Shown here one piece after another: positions 1 through 11,800 of a DNA stretch of 64,000 nt. Below the pieces are notes generated by a model. The model saw nothing but the letters and a program-made list of their open reading frames with translations, did not search any database and was not told the DNA's origin. Numbering within the stretch: position 1 is the first letter of the stretch; each line of letters starts with the position of its first letter. The stretch is from NCBI RefSeq assembly GCF_022539665.2, contig NC_081333.1, positions 1,054,001-1,118,000 of the forward strand, written 5' to 3'. Origin of the DNA: Daphnia carinata. Lineage: Eukaryota. The position numbers and the translations under genes were made by a program.

Positions 1-129
1 CTACATCGTCTCTTAACATTTGTCATCTTACTGATGAGCATCATTTCTAAAGCCAAAATTTTTTCATTTAACTCATTTTAATTACCAAAACAAGCAAATA
101 AATTTTAGATATATATTTTTTGGATTAGT

Positions 130-930
130 GTTGCCAATCCTCAAATTGGTTTTTTGCTTTGGAAATGCTGCTTCCTGGTACTCCAACACGCCACTACCTC
201 CCGGAGCGTCTAAGCATAAATACGATTACATATGGTTGAGACGTACAAATTCAAGGGTCTTTATGTCTAAAAAACTTTGTTTTTAATAAGTAAAAAACTA
301 TGAACTACGAAACCATATTATAAACGTCAATAAGAGGTAAACAAACTCACAAGCGTATCACCACCGTGCACCACTTCATTGGTAATATGATTGATACGGA
401 ATGCTTCACCCACACCGCATCGACGTCAGATGAGGTCATCGGCTACAGAGCAGGTTTGAGGTGTGGGATGAAGTCCGAAGGACATCGTTGACTGAACAAC
501 TTCCCCTAACACGGTATATACACCTAAATTCCATGACACATGGAGATGCAAAATGTTCTATATCAAAAAAAAAGAAAGATAATGTAGTAGACTGAAATGT
601 CAAAGATGCTTAATCTCCATTCTTACCACTCTATGGTTCTCGTTATTTTGCCAGGTGAGGTGTTAAGTACCAAATGAATGTACCATCCCTACGAAGTATC
701 TTTTTTCAACACCTAACAAAGAATAATACTAAATTGATGAATATTGACACATAATACTGTAGATTTGTCATGGCCAACATATATAATGAAAAGTCCTCAA
801 TAGATGAGAATGAAAGTAAACCATAGCAGTAAAACTACGCTGTGGTTTGGGATTAGAATTGATTGAAGATGACCTAACAAAACGTGAATCACAAAATCCC
901 AAACTTTTTTACAAACAAATTTTACTCACT
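130..930 (-). other. Possible spliced non-coding transcript or decayed gene
   Basis: Run of good donors (GTGAGT ~929 and ~350, GTAAGA ~626) and TTAG acceptors (~874, ~713, ~524, ~210), but the two best internal exons have stops in all three frames. Confidence 0.3.
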
Positions 931-2841
931 AATAACAATCTTATCCAAATAAATGACCACCAGTTTGTGCAATCGGTTCAAATACCGAAAGATTAGAAAA
1001 CGAGGCTTAACATTGGGTAATCACAGTTTTCGATAGAGACTGAGACACCAGTGCACATTGGAAAACGTGGTCTTTGAGCAAGAATTGTACAAGTACGTAA
1101 AATTTGGTTAAAGTATTGTGAAAAATGTGGCTTCGTTGATAGGTAGTGAAATAAACCAAAACGTGCCAATAAATTCAATAAATCAGAAGATTAAACGTTA
1201 AGAAAAAAAGATTGGACAAAATACCGACAGAGGCTTGACAAACGGTGCAGCCATAACGAAAGCAGTACGGACGAATGAGTTTGCTTAGAACGTTGCCAGA
1301 TGGGGGACCAGAAAACGCGACATTTAAAAGGAAAAAGGAGGGGAAAAAGTCTTTTTGGGTTTGAAAAGTCTTAACAAACCCCAAGTTCTCTTTTAGTTTG
1401 TGTAAATTGTTTCAAAACAGAGGCATAGTAGTGATTTTGATCTACATATTAAGTAAGCAATCCCTGAACAAGTTCTATATGATTCTGCTAAGATTGACAC
1501 AACGTAAACAAGTTTGTCTGTAAGTACGAATTGCCGACCCGATCGGATCCGACCTGCCATTTTTCGGGGGGCAGGCCGGGGCGGGCGTACCTATCATGGC
1601 TGATCGAGTTCGAAGCCAATACCCAAAGAAAATAAATACCGTTTCTTAAACCGAAAAATAATAATAATTAAAAACAATAATTAGTTCCAACTCAACTATG
1701 ATGTACAGCACACGCAAGATGTGAAAACTGATATATTTTGAGGATTACAGCAGTACAGAGATATACATGGGAGACGATCAACTCTAGAACATAAGAGAGA
1801 ACCAGGTTATAATGGGGGTAAAATAATTCAAGAATGTGAAACAACTCCGTAAGATCAGCTGGGGATTATAACTGTATATGCCGGTTTGTTTTTTTAGGAA
1901 GAAAAAAAAATGCCTTTTTTGACACGAAATTGTCGTAACAGTGTTACTATAAAGCGTTAAAAATGACAAGCACACAGTGAGGAGAGAAGTTGGGTGTTAT
2001 ATTATATCATCTAGGCGGGATTGAATAGACCTCAACATCAGCACACAAACTACTGCCAAGGAAGAAAGAAACAAAATACAGTGCTACTGACAAGGTAGTC
2101 AATAGGATCAAAGCCTTGTTGTCTTAGCGACATGTGTATGTGGACTAATTGCTACAAGACAGTGGAAATCTCAAAAATGTCTTTTAGTTTGTTTTTGTCT
2201 TTAAAGAGAAAATTTCAAAATACAGGGAATCAACTCGTATGTTGTGGGCGGGAAGAAGAAGTTTTCTTTAGCGATTTTAGTACCGGTCGGTGACAGACGT
2301 TCTCTTTCAATGGCAGTGTTGACATTCGAGGAACAGTTTGGCTTCCCTTGGTTTACGATGCGTCCAGATAAGATATAGAAGACACAGATCAAAAGCGCGG
2401 TTATTATCAAGGAGAAAGAAGAGATAAGAGAAGCCCGCCACCCATATAAGCCTGTACGTTGCGAAGCGTACTCTTTCCAGGCAAATTTTCCCTTCATCCG
2501 TTCTATCCTTCATTCAACTCGACAATCGAACCACTAAATTCTGTGTACGAACAGAAAAAAAGCGTAGAGCACCTGGCGTGGCATAATAAGAGGGCAAAAA
2601 AAATTATAAGGACCGTCTGCCTCAGCAAGAAACAAAATAGAAAGTTGGTGGTAAAATCGATCAACTACATCTTCCCATATATAGAAAGCGAGGGGGAGAA
2701 AATGATTGGATGGGAAAGAGAACTTCCCCTCTCAATTTCTTTTTTGCTTCATCGTATTTTCTTTTTCTTTTTTTTTTTTTGTTTTGTTTGTTTAGTTGTC
2801 TTTGAAATGAACTCGGGGTATTATTTGCGGATGGTTCTTGA

Positions 2842-5800
2842 TTATTTCTTCTTCAGCGTGAAAAAGCTTCGTTTCTTAGGCTCTTCTTTCGTTGCCTGGG
2901 CAGGCATCGTTTGGGCACGTGATGATCCCGCGCTCTCGACCGCGGCGGTGGTGGAAGCTTGGAGCTTGCTGACCCATCCGTTCATTTCTTCGTCATCCTT
3001 GGCTTGGAATAGATATTCGCCACCATTTGCTAACCTAGATTGTACAATAAATGATTTATTACATAAAAAACAATTCAAACTTAAAACACATTGTTCTCTT
3101 TTTTACTTGAGACGGAAGACGTGTCTCTTCTTAGTATAGTCAGCAGCCACATCAGCTGCGGCCGTGCGAATGTCCAATGGACTTTCGTTGCGATAGTAAA
3201 CGTCAGGAGTCGCTCTGGCGCATTTTTGATCCTGAATGAAAAGAGAATCGAACGAATGAAAGGTTCAAGTCTTACTGAATGTGGAAGTAGAGCATTTTTT
3301 TTTTTTTTTTTTTACTTTGTAAACAGCCAAATCGCCTTGGCGCAAAGTCAAATAGACTTTGTCCCAAGATCGACTGGAAGCTTTCTTGGTAGTGGACTCC
3401 CATTCGTGTTTGCGGTTGACCGTGCCCTCGTAGACGTCGTCTCCGCCAGCTACTGAACTGCGGCGCTCTATTCGAATTGCAATGATCGTGATTAAAATTT
3501 AGTTTGGCTCGACTGCCAACGACATCAAAGCAAAAAAGACAAAAGAAAAAGGGGAAGAAGTTTAAGACTATTGGAAAAATGTGTGCGTTTCATTTTCCGA
3601 GAGCGACGCCTTAAAATGCGAGTGTTACGACTAGGAAATCGTGAAAGGTCGAAAGATTGCTTTTTAGATGATTGGTCGTAAATACAACCTTCTTCATCAT
3701 CGTAACCTGCTTCGTCATCGGAAGCACTTCCACCGCCAGAGGGAAGTTGGCTTTTCGAAGACTTTTTCCAGCGGAAGGAGCGGAATGGGGACTTGGAACG
3801 GGATCGAGATCCTTTGCCTTTTGGCGGACTGGTTGTGGTTGTGATGGTGGTGGGCGTACGCGACGATGCTGACGGCCTGGCCGAACGACTGGTCGACGAT
3901 GCGGCTATACGCGTCAGCGGACGGAACACAAATAGCAAACGGACAAACACATGAATCATCTTACCTTTTCCACAGCAAAATGACTTGTTTGCATTTCACA
4001 TTTAAATCATATCCTACTGGCAACACACATTCATTCGATTTTTCAAATATAGACTACTACTACTACTACGAGTAAACCGAATTAAAAAGAAACCAATTTC
4101 ATCATTCACCCATCGAACGAACTAACCAAGAAAAAAATAATAAAAACATTCAATCTCATGCATCAATCGACAATGCCAGACAAAGTAACTAAATAAAAAA
4201 AAACCGAAAGAATGTTGCATCATTTACTTGTCGATGGATCTGCCGGGCTACTAGGCGACACTGGTACGGTCTGTCGAGAAGTGGAATAGGAAGGCGAAGA
4301 GGTTGCATCAACCTTGGCATGCACTGGAATGTCATCACAAATTCCATCCAAAAAGATAATCAGTTTTATGATACGATGATTTACCTGTGCAGGTAAATCA
4401 TGTCAAACTAAAACCAAAAGAACTTCAAGAGCTACGTAACACGCAACACGGTGAGCCACACCATAAAGCTAATTTTCACGATCAGCTGTGTTAAATTGTT
4501 AGAGACGTGAAACAGCGAGGTTAGACATGCACGTTACATCCCATCACCACCACTTACCGTATTAACAAAGACGTTAGCTCCTGTGAAAGGAATGAATAGA
4601 ACATCAAAGCCATATCTTATTCGAATATTGCCGCCACCATGTGCTCCACCACCAACCACCATGACTGGGTCATGTAGAGGACAGAAATCTCAAAAGCTTA
4701 ACGCGTAAAGCTACACACATCCTGCTGATGGACTTGACGTCGCGGTACAAAACAGGGGGAAAAAATCTGAATTAGATTTTTTTTTGCGTGACCAATGCCC
4801 GACGAATTGGACAGTTTTGGAGAGAGGGAACAAGCGATTTGTTTTTAGTACGGCTCTTACCTGGGGCCGGCTTAGCTTGTTCAGCTTTAGGTGAAGCCCT
4901 TCCTTTGAGATGCAAAGGTTTTGCGCGGCAAAATTTAGAAAAAGAGAAAGAAAAAAAAAATTCGCAAATCGGATTTGTGAAAGAAAAAAGCTTGTGAAAA
5001 CCACTGACCATACGAGCCTGAGGATAATAAAGAAACAATGTTTTTACCTTCGGTGGCTTCTGTCGTCGGATCCTTATCGGTACTGCCAGATATAGGCTCA
5101 GATGGCGATGTGTCTCCGTCGGTTCTGGATATCAAACAAAATTTAAATTAAGTAGAATAGACAGCATATGCAATGAAAAAGAATTTTTGCATACTGGTCT
5201 TGATTTGTTCCTTCGGGTGGAGAATGAATTGCAGCCAGAGCAGCTTGCTGGGCAGCCAACTCTTCGGCCCTTTGTCGTTCATCGTCTTCTTGGCGTCGTT
5301 TCAATTCTTTCAACTCGTACTGCAAGACGAGCAAGGAAAATCAGTTAAAAAAAGCGAATCAGTTAAGCAATAAATGGAGCGCAAATGGCCAAACCCCCAC
5401 ACGAGTGATTCACTGATGGAATCAAAGACTACAAACGGGCTGATTACGGAGAGGAAATTAAAGAAAGAAATAGGACCATCACACTTTGACAACAACGTAC
5501 CTTTGGACTAGTAGTGTTAGTTTGTGCAATACATGCAGTTAGACTACCAGAAGCAGAGGAAGGTGCTACAGAACAATTGGTGATGGAGGGAATGGAGTGG
5601 GCAGACTGTGTTTCGGATGGCCCGCCTTCGGAAATCGAAGGCAAGATGGAGATCCTGCCACCGGCGGGATTGATTTCGACAGCGATTGGTTCTTGAACCT
5701 TTTTCGTCGGTTTGGAACTAATCCGCAATAAATTTTGCCAGATGTTCAACCAACTCGTATTCTTTTTCGGCCTCTTCTTAACGTCACTGTCGAGGCTGTT

Positions 5801-8800
5801 CCTCCTGACTGGCGGCTCATCGCAAAATTCACTTTGCTCAGCTTCGCTCAGACCGGCAAAGGTAAGTCGTTTGTTTACCTCCTGCTGATTGGATGTACTA
5901 TAGATCCATTCTTCACAATACGCGGCACTAGGCGATTCCGCCTTGCCGGAAGATCCATCTTGGCTGTTTTTAAGCGCCATCTTTTGTCGTTTGATGCTCC
6001 TTTTTCTCCTGTATTTACGACGCTTCTTCAACTTGTCGCCCGAAGCCGACGCGTCGGATGACGAGGATGAGGACGTATCCGAAACACAGGAGGAGTGGGA
6101 AAGGCGGGATAAATGGAGGGACGAGGAGGCGGAAGTATTGTTAGAGATTAAGGAAGGATCGTCTTCATGGTGGAACGTCGATTCCTCGAGCAGTTCCTTA
6201 ATGCAAGCCGGACTAGGTGTTTGATCGCTAATGGAGCGGAGTAAACTCCTGAATGGAGGGCCCACTACAGGATGAAAGTAACCTGGATGCCAACTAGGAT
6301 GGTTGCCGACCAAAGCACCCGAACCATCACCACCACCAACATGATCACCATGCAAAATGCATTCCATCTAAAGTGAAGTGAACATGACAACAACGAAGGA
6401 ATAACACCACACTAAGACCGCACAACTAGAGCGTAGAAAAGCATGTTGCTAAAACAAAAGAAAGCCGGTGGAAAAGGTGGAAAAAAGCTACCGTGTCTTC
6501 GGGACGATTGTACCCATCGAAATGTTGACCGTAGGGTTCGCCGTCTTCGCCCAAAAGTTTCTCTTGTTCCCTAAGCTCCAGCTTTTGTGTGTAACAGAAC
6601 GAAGATTGACAAAAGCGATAACGAGATGACAAAATAGAAGACAAAAGAGCATCGAAAAAAGACGTGAAAGAAAAAAGAAGATACTCGTAATAAAACAAGT
6701 GGATGACAGAAAGAAATCTACCGGACATTCTAAATAAATTCTTGTAGAGACAGAATGAAACCATAAGCCACAGGCCATCAAGCAATGTCTAACTACTTTT
6801 CTTTTGAAATAAAAACAAAGAATGTAGACTAAATTGTTCTTCGTTTTGAATCCAGTAAAGATCAAAATATTGAAATGAGTTCAATCTTACCGTCGTCAAT
6901 CTCTCGAGGGCAGCGAAACGTTCTTCTTGGGCGGCCGCAGATTTCTCAAACGCTTCGTGTTTCTTGATCAAATTTTCCACCTCATCAATGGTGTGCTATG
7001 ATTAGAAAAGATTCCAAATGATTAACATCCCAACCAATGACTCATGATGACGTTCTTACTCCCAATTCGTGACTCATCAGGTAGGATTCTTGCGCCATCA
7101 ACCATCCTTCAGCAACAGCAGCGTCGCGGGCAAATTGGTAGACTTCCAAAACTAGAACAACACAAAAAAAATAAGTTTCGTACATAAATTTGCAAAACTC
7201 ATGTTCAGACATACTGAGCTGGAGGTGTTCCCAACGTTCCTCCCATCGGTGCAGCATGGAATTGCGTTGGTTGGTGAGGGTTACCAGTTTCTCTTTGATC
7301 TGAGATATGGACACATAAAACCCATTAATGGGAATCCATAAACATTAAAAAGTGTGACAGCCACGAACCTCGTTAGTGGCGTAATGTCCTCTAGACAAGA
7401 GTTCTTTGCCTAGAGCAATACATGCTGAAAAATTGTCTCCTCTAGCATCGATTTCAGCCTTCAGACTCTGATGATTGTTCATTAAGAGCTCCACGCCACT
7501 CACGTCACTAGATGGCGATAAAAACATTTAAAGCATTTGCTATGTTGATGTTGTTTTTATTATATATATACCGTGGTTTTTCGGTCGTGTTCATCTGGCG
7601 AATGAGGTCATCGATCCACAGGACGAGGGTGCGTACCATGGAGAAGAAACGGAAAAGGTCACCAGTGTCGGCTAATTTTTGTCGTCTGCCTTCGCACAAA
7701 GCTTGCAGCTGGAGCCAGGCGTTCACAACTTCGCCTTCGCGCCCTGTGATTTCGCGAGCCTTGTCTCCGGCGTAAGCCGTTTGTAGTCGTTGTGAATCTT
7801 CTTGGACGCCCTGAACTTGACTTTGTAACGTCTGAAGATCCTGCAGAACAAAAGATGGTTTGAAATACGTTATCCAGAATCACTTGATCGAATCAGTATA
7901 AAATTTTACCTGGATAAAGTTCTGATGTTTTCGCTGAAGAGCAGAGACGGAACCGGCATCTCTTCCAAGTTCGTCGGAGAGGGTGTTCTGTTTCTCGACA
8001 ATGCGACCCAGCACGTCCTTGCAGTCGTGGAAGAACTTGTGAAGCTCGCGTGAGGCAGCCAACATTTGTGTTCTGGTGTCGATCAACTCGAGCAGATCGG
8101 CCCAAGCTTCGTTCAGATCGTCTTTCCATTCAGCGATAGTAGCAGCGTCGGAATGGCGTGCACCCATCAGCTGATCGGCGATCTCGTTAACAGCAGCCAC
8201 ACGTTCAGTGCCGATCGTCTCTGTGTCTCTGGCAAATTCCTAAAACAAAATGATATATTAGACTGACTTCATCAAATCGAATGAAATATGATTTACTTTG
8301 AAGCGTTCCCAAAGGAGCGTGACATGATCGTAATCCTGACCGAGTTCGTGAGAGCCGGCGACGACTTCACGGTCGGCAATCCATTGACGTAGATCATCGA
8401 CCTCGCGACTGAGCATGAAAAGCTGCAGTGCTTCTTCCAGCTTGGCACGACGCTCCTGGGCCAAATCGCGAAGGCCAGCATACAGTTTGTCGACCTGAGC
8501 TTGCCGCACGGCAATTTGGTCGCTGTCGGGGTGGCCTTCAGCAATAAGCTGAGTGGATGTCTCTCCTAGCTGCCGGATAGTCTCGGCATAATCCTCAACG
8601 GCTAACTCCAAAGTCTGGTGTTTCTTCATCAAGTTCTGAGCGGAAATTTCGTCCTTGCCGCGGTCTTCCACCATCATGTAGAGCTCTTGTTCGCTCATCC
8701 AGGATTCGGCTTCACTGGCATCGAAGAAGTATTGCTGGGCGCGTTCGGAAGCCAAAAGTTTGGCTCGTCGGCTATCCATGGCATCTTTCAGAGTCTAAAT

Positions 8801-11800
8801 ACGAAAATTTAAAACAATGTAGACCAAACAAATGATTAAAGTTTGAGATATCCCCTTACCTGCCAAGTGTCGAGCAATTCTTCGATAAGTGTGGAGAACT
8901 CTTGGGCATCGGCGTGTTCCTCGTCGATCAACTTTTGTCCGTTGTTGCAAACCATGTGAATGCGCTGTTCATGGTTGTCGATCTCTGTTCTCAATGACTG
9001 ATTCTTCTTCTTCAAAACGTTGACGTTGAAGAGCGAGTTGCCATTGTCGCTGGCAGTGGCTAGCGGCATTTTGTCGGCGATCCACAATTTCTCGTCTTCG
9101 ACATCTCGTCGGAACTGGTATGCTTCCTTCTTCTTTTCCAAGTCGCGTTGCCGCTTGATTAGAGGTGCTTTAAGTTCGTCGAATCTTCTTTCGACGGCTT
9201 CCTTCTTTTGTTGAATGTCTTCCACCTTTTCGGGCGTCATACGTTCCAAATATTCAGCCTGGGCGCCTAACTCGGACACTTGCTGAGCCTTGATTGCCAT
9301 CTGCGTTTCAATCATCTGCTGCTTCTGCATCAAGATGTTGACGGAGGCCAAATCTTCGCCAGTGCCGCCAGTCACCATCTGTTTCTCCAGGTCAGACATC
9401 CAGGTATCGATGTCATCGCAGGTTTGCTCGTAGAGGACTTGACGATTGGCGTCGAACAAGCGTTCGCCCTTTTCGCGTGTCGTCCTCTCTAGGTCGTCAA
9501 ACTGGTGACTCAACTCCTGAAAAATTAGATAGTCACAATTAACAACCAACGAATAACAATTTCATATAACTTTCAATCGAAAACTCACCTGGATGCGTGG
9601 TTCGATAGTGGAGATGATCTCTGGTTTTTCATTGATTAATTGCTCTCCAGATTGTTGGATGTGGTAAAGTCGATCTTTGTTAGAGGCAATTTCAGCCTCG
9701 AAGGCCTGATGGCGAGTCCATTTCGAGTGGACAGTCTTGGCACTACGATAGGTCTCGTCTTGGGCGATGATGTTCTTCTCTTGGATCCATTCGGAAAGCT
9801 CTTCGCAGTCTTGCAAGAACTGTTGAAGCTGAAGGGCATCGCGAAGCTTCTCCATAAGCTGGACGGCACGCTGGCGGTTAGCCTCACGGCGTTCGCTAAT
9901 GTTTTCGGCCTTACGCTGGGCTTTGTCGGCCGCGAAATGGCCTTCATCCTCCAAGCGCTGGGCGAACTGGATCACGTTATTGACCTTGTCGTCGTTTGCG
10001 TCCATGGTGGTAAGGAATGCTTCGTGGCGCTTGATGGCATTTTCTGCTTGCTCCAAATTGGCTGGCATTTCATCCTAAATCAGCAGCTCATGATAAACAT
10101 TTCTGTTCAAGTTATAGTGATCAATCTTCATACCTTGGACAGGACGTGCTCCTGGTGAGCCAGAAGAACTTCTGCTTGCTTGGCATCGCGCAAAAACATT
10201 TGGAGGTTGAGAGACTGCGAGAGCAATTGCTGGCGGTTCTCCCACATCTGGTGCAATTCCTCCCAGCCATCGCGAAGGGCCTTGAGTCTCTCGCGCAAAA
10301 ACATGTACTGCGGGTCATCAGATGCTGTCTCTTCGGCTGTGATACGCTCACCATAGTCCATCATACGCGAATAGTCATCTGTGTAGTTGTCAATCTCTTC
10401 ACGAATGCCCTGGTGCTGGCTCAAAAGCTTCTCGGCTTCCGCCAAAGAAGCAGGGATGTCTTCAGAGGCAACATCTGTTTGGGTCTTGGTCAACCAAGCT
10501 TGGAAGTGATCCAAGTCACGCAGGAAACGGTGCAGGTCGCCGGCCTCCTCCAACTTGGCATCGCGTTCCTTCAGCATCTGAGTCAAGTTCTCCCAAACGG
10601 AGCGGATCTGTCCCAGACGTTCGTGGATAACCGCATCTTCTTCTGGATGCTCCACGCCAATCTTTTCGGCTTCCTTGTCAAGCGAGTCTAGTTTGGCTTG
10701 GATGGCGGCAAGGTCACGTTCCATGCCAGACAAGCGACGTTGCAACGTCATGATGCCAGTCAGATCCATCTCCAGACTGTCGGTGGATTGCAGAATGCGA
10801 ATCTTGTCCTCGATCCACAGGATGGTTTCACGGCATTCGATATGGAAAGTCTGGACACCGTGGGCAGACTGAAGTTCGTCCCTCTTGGCTTCCGCTCGGT
10901 CGCGAAGCTCGGCCCAGCGAGCGTTAAGTTGATTTTGACGGGCAACGATGTCTTCCGAGTTCGGGTGTTCAACATGGAGTAACTGGCGGGCAAGCTGATT
11001 GACGACTGCCACACGGGAAGCATTGGCATTCATCTCCCGATCAAAGCCATCATAACGATGACGCATGACCTCTACGTCTTCAATGTCCTTGGCTGGTACC
11101 ATCGTTTCCAACATACGTTCCTTCTCGCCGATCCACTGTTCGACTCCGTCAGCTTCAGAAAACAGTTTGTATAGCGAGAGGGCATCTAGCAAACGTTGTT
11201 TCCGCAATTTAGCCAATTCCATCAGCTCCCTATAGCGACGTTCAATGCTGGCCAAACGTTCCACGACTTCGGCGGAGGTACGATCCTGTTCACCGAGTTC
11301 TTCAGACTGTTCCTTAAGGGCATCAATAGTGGATGCATAATTCTTAAGCTCCTCGGTAACATCCTTGTGCTTCTTGAGGAGTGACTGGACGTTGGCCTCG
11401 TCACGGCCGACATCTTCGCTGGAAACCAGACGCAAAACATCCAGCATCCAGGTGTCAACATCATCGGCATCAGTGAAAAACTGGTGATAGCTGACGGCTT
11501 CCTCCAAACGCTTGCGTCGGTAGGCGGCCGTTTCGCATAGGTGATTCCACATATCTACCATCTCTGTGATGCGTTCTTGAATCTTTTCCGAGCCTGATTA
11601 TGTTTAAAACATAACAATAAATTTCATAAAAATGATTTCTACAATAAGATGACATACCGAAATGTTCCTGTTGAATAAGTTCTTCGCCGACATTGACTAC
11701 CGAATAAAGGGCCGGCTCATGACTGGCAATATCTTCTTCGAGCGCCTTGTGTTTGGAGATGAGTAGATGAATAGTAGTCAAATCATGACCAATATCTCCA

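Noticed and set aside
426..428. In-frame TGA read as selenocysteine
   Set aside because: No selenoprotein-like context or visible SECIS, and neighbouring exons have other stops.
210..627. Intronic snoRNAs suggested by terminal stems
   Set aside because: No RUGAUGA/CUGA box pair or H/ACA layout inside the stems.
1596..1620. tRNA-like GTTCGA motif
   Set aside because: No cloverleaf and no properly spaced A box.
2201..3456. ORFs 2459-3139 (+), 3091-3456 (+) and 2201-2497 (-)
   Set aside because: They are antisense to the last beta-spectrin exons or lie in its 3' UTR; low-complexity translations with no family signal.
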